Assembly (NCBI RefSeq): GCF_009914755.1
Contig: NC_060926.1
Source: the human T2T-CHM13v2.0 reference genome, Homo sapiens
Length of the DNA: 64,000 bases
Direction: 5' to 3' (one strand)
Position numbers and translations under genes: made by a program. Below are positions 19,913 to 33,419 of this stretch, piece by piece (the stretch's first letter is position 1; every line of letters begins with the position of its first letter). The notes below the pieces were generated by a model. That model searched no databases. It saw only the letters and a program-made list of their open reading frames with translations, and was not told the DNA's origin.

Positions 19913-20103
19913 AATTCAAAGTGTTTTACATGAGGATAATGGTAATTGCTGGAAACGGGAACCAGTGTTGTATTTTCCAGAATGACATAAGTACATATCC
20001 TTTCAAATAAAGAAATCTTTCTACCTTAAAAGGTTCTTGGCAGGTATAACAGTTCCATTCTAATACAGAACGTACATATTGTTCAAGAAGTTTATTTACC
20101 AAC

Positions 20104-20624
20104 TGTCAAATGAAAACTTGCGTGGACAAAGTAAAAGAGACAAGGAAGACTTCATTTAAGGCTATCGCAGTAGGGTAGATAGGCCAGAACTCAGTCTGAG
20201 CTCAAGTCTACTGAAACAAAGGGCTGGAGAATTTTTAAGAACTGGGGTGGGGTGAGGGTGGGGAGAGATAAGGTCATCTTTGTTTGCTAATTGGCCTTAC
20301 CTAAAGGAAAAGTAAACTCTCCTGCCCTCCTGACAAAAGGTAGCTTGCAACAAAAGTGTCCACTTAAAGTAGGCTTCTACCCTCCCACAGTGACCAGGAG
20401 ATAGGATCCGGGAGACAGAAATACTGTCTTCCTTGATGATTACATTTCAAAGGGATGGCTCCCAGATCAAAATTAACATCTCAAAGGGGCAAAGAAAGAA
20501 TTTGCAATGACAAGCTTTCTACAGTAAATGTTCTTAAGAAAGCGATGTCAAAAGCCTACAGATTGAAAGAAGCTTGTCTCAAGTTTGGCCAAGCTGAGGG
20601 AAATGTTGAGGCTCATCTTGGTCA
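20104..20624 (-). mobile_element. ERV1 solo LTR (MER31-like)
   Basis: Minus-strand start tgaccaagatgagcctcaacatttccctcagcttg; TG..CA termini. Confidence 0.75.
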
Positions 20625-23600
20625 CCTCTTATAAAGCATGTTCATTGTTCCTTGCATGTAAAAAGTGTACAAGAAAATTTCACAGTTAGTGTAAAGTAAG
20701 GCAGAAAGAGTCTAATGCTAATAAAAACACTTTCTTATTTTACAGTATTTTTAAAATAATGATTTTTTTCCCCCATAAACTCTACACTGGTCTGAAATTT
20801 TTCAGTAGTATAGTAACCAATTTGTAAGATTTCAGGGTCTAGAATGAAAGAATACTAAGATACGGGAATGACAAAAGTCATTAAATATTCCTCAGTTCAA
20901 TCAACTTAATTAGCCACAGAAAAATCTTGTTCCGCATCCCCTATGTGTCCTCACAAAATAATGTTTCTAAAATATAGTTATTTCTTCTTAATAATAACAA
21001 CCACCACCTAGAAATGTTTGCACTGTCATTTACACGTTAAGATGTCTTACTTCAAGAGACTTTTCTCCTAGCAGCTTGCTAAAATCTTATAAATAAAATA
21101 ATAGTATTTATAATAAAGGAGGAGTAGCAAAGAAGAAAATGCATGCAGTGTTATGAGCCTGGAGCAAGTTTAAATGGAATACCACAACTGAAACATGTGC
21201 TCGCCTGGAGGAGAGAAACAGGAATTAGAAGGTCAGAGAGAAACAGAGAAAAGAGAAACAGAGGAAAAAAGGCATTTTTTGTTTTTCAGTTTACTCCAGT
21301 ACCAGTTCCGCTTCTAATGAGGTTTAGTTTACAAAAGATTTACCAGGAAATATTATGCTTCTATTTAAAAGGACTCTCTGCATATACAAAAACTGCAGTT
21401 ACTTTATTGAAAGCAAAAAGAAAATGATTTATTATTTACTATAAAAACAAAAGCACTACCATAACAATATAATAGCAGAGCAAATATAATAAGAAGTTAA
21501 AGCAATTCAGTAAATGAATGGTACAATTCTATTTAAATTTAATCGAAAGTCTTGACAATATGCACTAGTAAATTTAGTAGTAAAAACTCTTTGTGCATCC
21601 TGTTTTAGAACCTTTACATACATTTATTCCCTTCATTTTTTTTTTCCTTGCAAAATTTGTCTTTGTAAGGTCACTTTTGGCTCCAAGTAATAGAAATACA
21701 ACTTGAGCAGTTTGAGAAGAGTGAGAGGAAAGCAAGAAAAAAGCATTTATTGAGGGTGGATGATGGAGAGGAGAAAGTGGTTGCCCTGATGAGATTGAGT
21801 TTTTAATGTTTTTAATATATAATCTTGGTTCACTTTCACAACAAGTTTATGATGTGGAAATAGAAATAATCTTTGTTTATAGATGAGGAAATAGTAATAA
21901 CAGGAGCTCATCACACTGGCTAGAGGTGGAGCTGCCATTAGACCTGAACCTTTTGACAGCAAAGTCTGTTTTTTTAAGCACTGGGACCAGGGAGATTTTA
22001 TAAACATCCTGGGAAGAAATTATATCTAAATGAGTCTTCAGTTAATGTTTTACAAAGATTAACAACGAAGCAAGGAATAACCATATCAGACCTTTTAGGA
22101 AGTGAAAGGGAGACACTTGCCTATTTGGGGATTTTCCAGTCTTGCTTGACAGAAGGTACCAACAAAATAAAGCACAATTCTTTCTTTTACCTCAGCAAAT
22201 AGTGCAAAAAAGTCACATAGCAGGCATTGATTTAGCCTTCAACTGGCATCTTCTAAACTAGAAGTGAAAAAAAGGCTTAAATTCTTTGGGATGGCTGGCA
22301 AAACCCTAGCTCCTTGCTTATTGATTTTTATGTTATTGCTCCTGGTTATGAATTGTGGATTTTAAAAAAAAACAACAGCATTTATGATGGCTAATAAAAA
22401 GAGAAAGCCAGGAGAAAAATCTCCCTCCCCAACCCATACCACCCTATTAGTTTCTTTTTCTTTTTTACATTAAGCTATAAACAGAATTTTGGGGGAAAAT
22501 TATATAAAAATCCAATTTGTATCACAGAGAGGCATGGGTAGATTCCAAGATATGACTCTATGATAAAGTAAAAAAAGGACCTTCTACTTCTCCCAGAGGC
22601 AAGCGAGAGAAGTCATTAACCTTTTCCTTGCCAAAAAATTGTGTACTTGATAATCAGTAGTAAATTTCAATCACCACACACTGAAAAGAATTTGTGAGTT
22701 CATTTTCATATATCCAGCCCACTATAAGCATAAAGTTTCACAAGCTGATTTTGTTATATCATTGCAGGAAGCTGAAATATAAGGTGTTGAATTGCTTCTC
22801 TCTTATAAAGAACTACAGCTCATGTGTTGTTTTTATAATGGCTCATTGATCCTAAGTCAATCTTAATATGTAGTTTCAGTACTCTTAAATTATAATTTGA
22901 CAAATAGCTTTCTAAAAATTATGTAAATAGGGAGAAATCAAATTCTCTGTATACATACATAAAATAATGGACAGGTTTTATGCATTATAGGAAATGAAAA
23001 CTTTAAAAAATATTCTCTACTAAATAAACGTAGTGGTATTTAATTCAAAAATCCTGGGTGAGTCTCATTAGAGTAATAGGGTTTTTAAGAACAAACACCA
23101 CCATTCCTGAGACTTAAGTTATGATTGTGAGACGAGGTCATCTAACCTTTCTATCAGTATATTAAAGAGCTCAGAGATGACTAGTCTAGACTCACAGGCA
23201 GCAAGAATAAAGTGGAAAGCCATCAAAAGATACAAGACTGAAAAGCACCATAAACACAAGGGATAGTAGAATTATCAGCTGTATAATTTAGAAATTGAGG
23301 CACTAATAATGACCACTTCCTATAAAAAATCCAACAGCACTAAAATTTCAGAATGAGCTCTGCCAAACTCCTTTGGTGAAGTTCTTTTTATAGCACGTTT
23401 TACATGAATAAGTGAATACATCAATTTAAATAAATCTGTGCATTTGTTTAATAGGTCTAGAATATGAATCAGAGTTTCACAATCACATGTAGACCAGGAT
23501 AGATAGTGCTGTGGGGGGTTCATTGACCTTCCCTGGTATGAACACTCAGGTGCCTAGCACCATGCAAGGACCTTTCTATATGCTAAACTTCATTACATTT

Positions 23601-24408
23601 ATCCTGGAAAGAAAGTATTGTTTTTTTTAAATATATCTTTAAAATACACAATTGTAATTCATACAGATTAATTAACTTCCCTAATACCACACAGCCAAAA
23701 GGTGGCAAGCTGGGATTCAAACCAGTTTGTTGATCTTCAATAACCATGCTTTTTCTCTCATTTGCTGCTGCTTAATTTGCTAGATTCAAAAATAGAAAAA
23801 TTAGTCTCTGGCATTCACAGTTTTTTAAAGCATTCATCTGTAATTTTCACTTTATCAATACCTGGCGTAAGATTCCTATGTTGTCTTTTCTTTATACTTC
23901 TGTTTCTATCCTGTACCAAGAACACACACACACACACTCACACCCCTCTTTCTTTCCCTATCTTACATTTTCCAGCCAAGTAACTAATGCTTTGACATAT
24001 TTCCTCAAGTACCTCTTCTTCCCTCCTGGATGACAGAAATAACACAAATTCTTGCACTTAAATTAAATTTTGTTACAAATCCCTCCCTTCTCATATTTGA
24101 TAATCTGTACATCATATCTTCATATTGAATTATTCAAGGAATATCCAATTACTCCTCCATAATCTAGTCAAACTGTTATTTAAATATAATCCATATATCC
24201 TTTCCTCCATGCTTTTTGCTCCATATTTCAATTCTTTAAAAAGTTATTATTCATCAAGTTCTGTACTAAATAGAGAAATACATTAGTGAGATTATCACAA
24301 TGCAACATGAGAAGTGCTAAATCGTAGAATGTTGGAAAATGGATAATTTTTTTTCTTTCTTAGGAAGGTAACTCCACTATTAATATGAAAACTTAAGAGC
24401 CACAAGAG

Positions 24409-24895
24409 TGTATTAGTTATCTATTGCAGCATAACTATTTATCCCAAAACTATGCAGCTTAAAACAACAAACATTTATCATCTAACACATTTTCTGGCAG
24501 TCAGGAAAGCAGGAACACCTCAGTTGGATGGTCCTAGCTCAGGGTCTCTCATGAAGTTTCAGTCAAGAAGTTGGCTGTGGCTGCAATCATCTGCAGGCTT
24601 GATTGGGGCTGGAGGATCCACTTCTAAGATGGCTCTCTTACATGGCTGTTGACAAGAGGTCTCAGTTGCTTATCACATAGGCCTCTGAATAGTGTCCCTA
24701 TGACATTCAAAGAAAGAACAAGAGAGAATAAGAGAATGATCAAGACAGACATTAGAGTGTCTTTCCTAATCTAATCTTATAAATAATATACTATAAGGGC
24801 TGCCAATCTTGTTATGATATGGAAGGGTGCTAGACAAGAGCATCTATAACAGGAGATGGAGATCATTGGGGGCCATCTTGGAGGTTGGCTGCAAA
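24409..24895 (-). mobile_element. MaLR LTR (MLT1F-like)
   Basis: tgtattagttatctattgc..gcttaaaacaacaaacatttatc; ggggctggaggatccacttctaagatgg; ggggccatcttggagg. Confidence 0.8.
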
Positions 24896-24916
24896 TCAGG
24901 AGAAGACTGGAGCTAG

Positions 24917-24967
24917 AGAGTCCAAGCTCTTGAAATCTTCTAGAGTCTAAACTCTTGAAATCTTCTA
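24917..24967. repeat. 25-bp tandem duplication
   Basis: agagtc(c/t)aa(g/a)ctcttgaaatcttct twice. Confidence 0.85.
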
Positions 24968-26099
24968 AGCCTAAAATGGCAATCAGGTAATGTTTCTGAG
25001 ACTAAAGCTATGGAACAATTTGCATGGAGTAGGATAGGGAAGAGAAGTTAAACTCAAATCTCAGATTCGTAACCTTAGGCCCTCACTGATATCATTAACC
25101 ACAATACAGGACATAAGAGGAAGAAGCACCTAAGTCTGGATTTTTTACATGTTCTGTTTTATAAGTATGAATATGTGCCTTGAGATGGAGATATGCAGTA
25201 GGAAGACATTCTTCCTGACCTCAAGATGTTCTGAAATTCTGCTCATCTTGCAAAACTTACCTCAAATACTACTTTCTTCACTAATAGTTCCATATCTCCA
25301 AAACCAGAAGTTATATCTCTTTCTTTGAGTCCCTGTAGCATTTAACTCCTTCCTCAGTTCTTATTTCACTCTGTTTTACATTAAACTATGCAGCCTATCC
25401 TTATTTGGGTACAACCTGCTCAATCCACTTGGACTATAAGTTTTTTGAGGGCATGGGTGACTTAATACATCACTGACCATTCTGTAGTCTAGTTTAGCAC
25501 TTGACCCATAATAGCCTTTCAATGAATATTTGTTGAATAGAATTAAAAATATCATCTCAAAGGAGATTTTATCGGGCAGATTTCAGGCACCATAAATTCA
25601 GCTACATAGAAATTGTTTACTGAAGTGCTGATGGTGATGATGGTGGAATTTGGGAAGGAGGAGTTCTTTGCGGTGCTATTCACAACATAAGAGGGATGAT
25701 GCTTTTTCTGTCTGCGGAAAACCATACCCGAAGTGATTGCCAAGAATGTGTCAATTACCCAACTGTATTCCAGGTCCACAATTGATTTTCAATTATTCTG
25801 TGACTTTGCACCTTATACATAATCTTTCTTCATTTTGATGTGCCAATCTTTAATGTATTCCTTTGGATTATAGAATAATTTAAATGATTTTTGCTGCAAC
25901 TTACTGTTTAGATGACACAATTAATAATAAGTGGATTTGGAAGATAGGACAAAGGAAATCAGTTACATGCTTGTGTTTATTTTTCACATTCCTGGACAAA
26001 TTACTGAGACAACATGAGAATCTAAAAACCATCTCTGTCCTCCAGCATCTGGATGATTTTCAGATAATAAATTAAGCTCACAGGACTCTCATTCCTTAC

Positions 26100-26472
26100 T
26101 ATATCAGTCTCTTCTCACACTGCTATAAAGACATACCTGAGACTGGGCAATTTATTAAGGAAAGAGGATTCATTGATTCGTGGTTCCACAGGGCTGGGGA
26201 GTTCTCAGGAAACTTACAATCATGACGGAAGGGGAAGCAAACACGTTTTTCTTTACACAGTGGCAGCAAAAAGAAGTGTAGAGCATAAAGGGGAAAAGCC
26301 CCTTATAAAACCATCAGATCTCATGATAACTCACTCACCATCATGAGAACAGGATGGGGAAACCACCTCCATGATTCAATTATCTCCACCAGGTCCCTCC
26401 CATGACAAGTGGGGATTATAGGAACTACAATTGAAGATTAGATTTGGGTGGGGACACAGACAAACCATATTA
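26100..26472 (-). mobile_element. THE1-family MaLR solo LTR
   Basis: acatacctgagactggg..ccccttataaaaccatcagatctc..gatttgggtggggacacag; TSD cttac/gttac. Confidence 0.92.
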
Positions 26473-26546
26473 GTTACCTATAAAATTAGGAGACAGTAAA
26501 AGCTCATCCCTGATTTTTTAGCAGTTTAAGTATATGATTCCGTTAA

Positions 26547-26884
<338 letters not shown>

Positions 26885-27951
26885 ATTTTTTTGTTTTTTT
26901 AATGAAAGCTTTTAAAAAAACACTTTTAATTTCATAACCATTTTTTTATAATCTGAAAGGTAAGGGCATAAAGGCAAAATGTCATGTAACTAATGGAAGC
27001 AATCTTTACTTCCTTTCTTCTATATAATTTCTTTCGTAGAAAAATAAATATAATTTTCCTACGAGTTAATAATTTAAAATGTTAGAAGTAGGTTTGAACC
27101 ATTAACCAGGATTTCCATTATTTCATTTTAACATCATGACAACTCTCTGTGCTATAAAATTAGCTCCATGTTTTTAAATCAGGGTACTGAGCCTCAGTAA
27201 CTTCACCAAGGTCACAAAGTCTACATCTCAATGAAGGACAGCTCTTCTAATTCCAAATTACCTGTTATGTAAGATCTGTAGCAGGGCTCAACCAGATTGC
27301 TGTGGTCTACACCTGCTGATTAGACTTGTATCTTCTTCTAAACTTTCTCAAAATTCTTTTTCATTGTGTTCACCAGAATTTGCTGGTTGACTTCCCACAA
27401 ATTCAATCAACGTTAGCATATGCCTCGCAACTTCAGAAAATACCTCCTCATGCCTCCTGGATGGCTTTCTCCTGCTTTCTATTTTCATCCCATAGGTTTC
27501 ACAAACTGAGCTACATATGGCTTTCCAAACACAGCAAGGAACACTCTTCAGATAATTTAGTTTCTGTGCATTCTTTTTTGAAGGTAATCTTTCTGTACTA
27601 AATAACACAAGACAAAAGAGGAAAGTTTTTAACTCTTCAAGAATGCATTCAGCGTAGAAAAAAAGAGAAGTTTCGAAGTTATATTTTACCATTGGGAGGC
27701 TGTTTGAGTTGCTAGGGTGTAATCTTCCAATCCCAACAGAGTCATGTGTTTATAAAAATGTTCATGTGTCCTTGAAATATTTTCCAAGTTTCTGTTATTA
27801 TACTCTGTTAAGACAGCATAGGTGAATCTGCAACATGATTGGGATGTATTAATATGATTTCATTTGATTATGAGAGAACTTTCCTCAATAGTCAAATGAC
27901 ACAGAACAGAATAGAAAGTCTAGAAATTGACTTATATATAATCATAATATA

Positions 27952-28031
27952 AGTTATATAATCAATTGATTATATTACCATAGTTATATAATCAATTGAT
28001 TATATAACCATAGTTATATAATCAATTGATT
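27952..28031. repeat. 30-bp tandem repeat (~2.7 copies) with palindromic unit
   Basis: Unit agttatataatcaattgattatat(t/a)accat. Confidence 0.92.
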
Positions 28032-28574
28032 TCAATGAAGGTTCCAAAACAACTCAGTGGTATGAAGGTAGTATTTCTATATATTTTGCTAGAACAAATG
28101 GATACCTGTATAAAATAATAATTTTAAAACTAACCTTTATCTCACCTCCCCCACCACACACACAAAATAACTTACAATGGATGATAGTAATATAAGAGCT
28201 AAAACCATTAGGCTTCCAGAAGAACATGTCAGTGAAATCTATGTGATAATAGGAAAGAAAAAGATTTCTTAAATAAGGAAAAATGTACAAAATATAAAAA
28301 GTAAAATAATAATGTTGATTTCAACAAAATATGGAAAGTTTTGTTTTTCATAAGACAGCTAAGAAACCAAAAGTCAAGCTACAAACTGAAAGAAAATATT
28401 AGCAAAGAATACACTTAACAAAGGGCTTATATCAAGAATATATAGAAGGACCTCTTTAAATGTAATAAGAAAAAGAATTGTTATTAAAATATGGGCAAAA
28501 TATTTGAACAAGCGCTTTATAGAAGAAGATGTACAAGTGGTCAAAAAGCACATGAAGAGATGTCCATTATTAGT

Positions 28575-29044
28575 TGTATAAGTTCCCTGGAGTTTTTGCA
28601 AGAAAGTACCACAAACTGTGTATCTTTAAACAACAGAAATTTGTTGTTTTATAGTTATTGAGGTTAGACATCCTAAACCAAGGTGTTGGCAGGGCAATGC
28701 TCCCTGTGAAATCTCTAGGGGACCCCTTCTTTGTCTAGCCTAGCTTCTGATGGTTTGTTGGTAACTTTTGATGTTCCCTGGCTTGCAGCTGCATAACTGC
28801 ATAACTGCATAACTCCAATCTCTGCCTTCATTATCACAGAGCATTCTATTTTTCTTCACAAGGAGATCTTCTTATAAGGACACCAATCATACTGAGTTAG
28901 AGACCCACCCTACCCCAGTATGACCTCATTTTACCTAAGTACATCTGCAATGACCATATTTCCAAATAAGATCACATTCTGAGGTACTGGGGGGTTAGAA
29001 CTGTAATATATCATTTTGGGGAGCACACAATTCAACCCACATCA
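28575..29044 (-). mobile_element. MaLR LTR (MLT1C-like) nested in L1M
   Basis: aaagtaccacaaactg..aaggtgttggcagggc..tttccaaataagatcacattctgaggtactgggg..aattcaaccc. Confidence 0.87.
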
Positions 29045-30555
29045 AATATCAGGGAAATGAAAATAAAAATTTCAATGAGATAATTTTTAGATCCACAAGA
29101 ATAATTAAGATTTAAAAGTTTGACAATACTAAATGTTTGCAAGGATGTGGAGCCACCGGGATCCTTATACATTGCTAGCGGGAGTATAAAATAGTGCAAC
29201 AACTTTAGAAAATAGTTTCTTATAAAATTAAACATACACTACTGATACAACCCAGTGATTTCACTTCTAAGTATTTATCCAAGAAAAATAAAAACACAAA
29301 TATTTGCACACAGATGTTCAATGCATCATTATCTATAATAGCCAACTCAGTGTCCATAACTGCTGAATGTTGTGAATATCCATATTGTATAATATTATCC
29401 AATGATAAAAAGGAACACAATATGAATACATGCTACAACATGAATGGATTTCAAAAAATATGCTGAGTGAAAAAAGTTAAATATAAAACACTATATTCTG
29501 TATTATTCCATTTACCTGAAATTCTAAAAAAGCAAAACTAGAGTGACAGTAGGTCAATGTGAGCCTATGGCTGGGGGCTAAAAGGGTGAATCTACTATGA
29601 AGGGTCACAAGGAAACTTTTAGGATAGTGGAAACCTTTCTACATCTTGATTTTGGTGGTGATTATAAGACTACATGATTGCTTAAAATTATCAAACTGTA
29701 AGTTAAATGAGTACATTTTATTGCATGTAAATTATATCTCAATAAAGTGAGACAAAGGTGAAGAATTCGGAAATACCAAATTTGTGAACTCACCTATGTG
29801 GCCCAATACCATGGCTAATTTAGTTAATGCTTTCATATTTTTTTAATCCAAATTTCAATCTTCAAACAAGGAACAACCTTTAAAATCAATATAAGTCTTT
29901 TTCATAGTTTGAGAAATTGGCAGGTAAGATTGGAATGGTAAGGCTTAATATAGAAAGCAACCGCTAAACATAGTCTGATTTTGTTTTTTATTTTAGATGT
30001 AAAAAAAAAAAAAAAAGGCTTCATTCTGTCACTGCTGCCCTGTGGGGCTAGAGTGGTATCATCTTGGTAGGAAGGTAGTATCTGCTGCCATGTGAGTTGT
30101 AAGCACAATGGCTGATCTCTAAAAGGCGTTTTCTATTTGGATGCAGTTTTCTGTATCAGCAGGAGCTATCCACTGATTGGATCAGACATCTACCTTCTTG
30201 TGGTTCAGAGCCTCAGAGTTTGAAACTGTCTTGTCCCACTACTCGTGTAAATTTTGTTTCACTAGTTGGAGTCAAGCTTCCTTCCTTAGAGCCTTTATTC
30301 CCCAGATTGAGTGTACCGTCTACGATGCTACTATTTCCCAGGGGTCTTTGTCTATGCTATGCTTTTGGATGAGGGCAAACAAATTTCTGTTTCTAATTCT
30401 CAGTGAAATCAAACATTCATAAAGAATACATTAAGAATAAAGAAACTAGGGCTCTCAATGTTACCTCTTATCCTCTCAACTACCATCCTTTCAATTTTCT
30501 GGAAGCCTTCTGCCATCTTAGGCATTTATATTAAATTCCTAAAAGTCACACCTTA

Positions 30556-30879
30556 TTTCTTTCTTTCTTTCTTTATTTTCACAGACAGGGTCTCACTCTG
30601 TCACCAAGGCTGGAGTGCAGTGATGCAATCCTAGCTCACTGTAACCTTGAACTCCTGGGCTCAAGCTCTCCTCTAGCCTCAGCCTCCCCAGTGTTAAGAC
30701 TACAACTACATGCCACCATGCCTGACTAATTATTTTTATTTTTATTTATTTTTTACTTTTTGTAGAGACAGGGTCTTGCTCTGTTGCCCAAGCTAGTCTC
30801 AAACTCCTGGCCTCAAGTGATCTTCGTGCCTTGGCCTCCCAAAGCACTGAGATTACAGGCATAAGCCACATGCCAAGCC
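30556..30879 (-). mobile_element. Alu (AluJ)
   Basis: acagggtctcactctg and ctcctgggctcaag, AluJ-type. Confidence 0.93.
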
Positions 30880-31915
30880 TTTTATTTATATTTGAAATAT
30901 AAATAAAAAGTGTAGAGGGTGAAGTTAAAAGAAAGTTTGCTTCTTAAATGCTTTGCTAATATTCTTTATCATCAAATCTAATATATTTATTTTATAGATA
31001 ATTGCTTACGAAAGCAGATACCCTGATGAATACTTTGCTTAAAATAATAAATCAAATGGCTAAATCTGCCTCTAGAACTTGCTTTTGTGTTTTGCTAAGA
31101 AATAGAAAATGTGGTTGTTTTACTTTGTTTATTTAAAACCATAATTAAGTGTAAACTGGCAGAATTGCCTGGAAATAATTAAAGACTATATATATTTATT
31201 ATACTATTAAACTGAGAAGAAACCTTTTATATATGTATACACATATATACTTATATATACTGCTATATATGTGTGTATACACAGTCACATGTGCACACAC
31301 AAATACCATATTTACTTTATACTTTCAGGTCCTCTTAACCTCTGATTCTATATCTATACCTATATTATTTTTCTTTTCACCCTCTCTTCATAATGTGTGG
31401 GGACCTTAAAACACAAAATGCTTTTTGCCACCACTAGAAACTGTTACCTTTCCAGAGCCATTTTATGAAGTAAAATTAATTTCTGTACCAGCAGGAGCTA
31501 TCCACTGATTGGCTATCCACTGATAAGCCATCTTACAAAGTAAAATTAATTTAATCAATTAATCTAAAAATAATAACTATGGCTACCAAAACTAAGCAAA
31601 GTGTCTTCAAATACCCTTCTTTCTCAGTATCACTAATTTCAAAGAACAGAGGCAAAGACTGTCAATAATTGGGTTGTGTTGGGTCCAATTATCTTTTTAA
31701 TAATTAACGATAATATTATTATTAATAACAATCATTATATGTTCTTGGGAACTATTGAAATCCTTAGGGCACTTATTTTGGGGGGATTTCACAGATAAAA
31801 AATAAAATCACTTAGCAAGAGTCCAAGAATAAGGTGGGAGAAGCAATGGAAATAAAATTAGGTTTTAAAATACATGTATTCCTGTAATAATTCAAAATCC
31901 AGGTGGAGGCAGATG

Positions 31916-32202
31916 TTTTTGTTGTTTTTGATACAAGGTATTACTCTGTCACCCAAGCTGGAGTGCAGTGACGTGATCTCAGCTCATTGTAGCCTTGACC
32001 TCCTGGGCTCAGGTGATCTTCCTGCCTCAGCTTCCTAGTTAGCTGAGACCACAGGAACACACCGCCTTGTCCAGCTATGTTTTCTGATTTCTTGTACAGA
32101 TGGGGTTTCACCATGCTACTCAGGCTGGTCTTGAACTCCTGGGCTCAAGTGATCTATCTGCCTCAGCCTCCCAAAGTGCTAGATGAGCCACTGTGCCCAG
32201 CC
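31916..32202 (-). mobile_element. Alu (AluJ)
   Basis: Diverged reverse Alu; TSD-like cagatgttttt / cagattttttt. Confidence 0.93.
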
Positions 32203-32425
32203 CAGATTTTTTTTTTTAAATCGGATTTTTATGGCACCCTTAAATGAAGCAGATTTTTTGTTACTATTTCCCTTTGAATGCTTCACGGAAAATAACAATC
32301 AATGTAAATTCAATTTTCCTAAATGTTTGCTAAAGTTCATAGAGTTACTATACATGGTTTAATTTCAACTCACTGAAAGTTTCACTCAAATGATTAATCT
32401 TGAGCATTAGCTGACCCATGAGGGT

Positions 32426-33125
32426 TGTCAAATAAAGAACTAGCCCAAACTTAGGAAGGAAAGACTTGATTCAAAACGTCTATTGCAATGTGTGAGGGGA
32501 ACTAATGTAATGTAAAGGAATCTATCATAATAAAAAAAGGGGATTTGTGATATGGGAAGGCGAATTATTGCAATAAAGAAAGAAGGACTATAGCGCTAGT
32601 GAGATCCCCAACCATAAGATCTATGTGTCTCAAAAGTCAGGTAGAAAAGGCTTTTCTTTTACAGAAGGGAATAAACAAGGTTGGAAAAAATCATGTGGTG
32701 TGGCATGGGATGAGTATGTGGCATGATCAGACAGTTGAGCAGAAAATTTTTCTTTTCTGGCAGCTGATTCTCAGAAGAGGCCATTAAGGAGGTTGCTCTA
32801 CAGTGCTTCCTTAAGCTCAAGGGTGGGCCAAAGTTTGGAGACCTTGGGGAAAGAGAAAAGCCTGACTAAAGTTTGGTTGTTTATGATCATTCTACAAAGA
32901 TGGTTCAGTGGGGACAAACAGTGAAGCTAATCATTTATGAGGCACAGAGTAGGAATTTGAAGAGGCTTGTCATAGGTAACAAGGGGTTCACTCTCACATC
33001 TTACCTGAGTCATATAGGGACAGGAGGTTTGTAATAGTAAGCAATTTCCCAGAATAGAAAAGGAGGTGGGATTTCTGTTTCTGCTTTCCAGGAGCAAAGG
33101 GCTCAGGTAAAGTTCAACATTGTCA
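32426..33125 (-). mobile_element. ERV1 solo LTR (MER67-like)
   Basis: Minus-strand start tgacaatgttgaactttacctgagccc; TSD-like gggt/gggc. Confidence 0.78.
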
Positions 33126-33419
33126 GGGCCATTCAAATGAAAACACTATCTTCTTTAACTATTTATTATATTTGATACAGTGTTCATAACTGCCAAAAAA
33201 ATTCATAAATAAATTCCTCCTAAGTGACTTTTTAGGTTAGAGATTTCTTATTTTTTTCTTTTTCCTTTTATAATCTCAGCCATCATAAGAAAACGCTAGG
33301 TCATTCAATTATGCCTTTATTTATTTGTTTGTTCAACAAATGAAACTAGGATAGTGATGTAGCAAAAAGAGTAACTGGACAGGGATCAAATTAGGTGCAT
33401 CAGGCTATAAACAGGAGAT

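Larger units (their letters stand above)
27880..29747 (+). mobile_element. Ancient L1M (L1ME/MC-like) 3' fragment, interrupted by MLT1
   Basis: Degenerate ORF2 end (agaacagaatagaaagtctagaaattgac..) and L1M 3'UTR ending tatatctcaataaag. Confidence 0.8.

Noticed and set aside
25634-25780. Possible box C/D snoRNA (GTGATGA at 25634)
   Set aside because: No downstream CTGA box D at a suitable distance and no terminal stem
27348-27692. 114-aa minus-strand ORF as a single-exon gene
   Set aside because: No recognisable homology and no promoter or poly(A) context; only the internal exon-like part is kept as a low-confidence finding
27952-28031. CRISPR-like appearance of the palindromic ~30-bp repeats
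   Set aside because: Units are head-to-tail with no unique spacers, there are no cas genes, and the context is primate DNA
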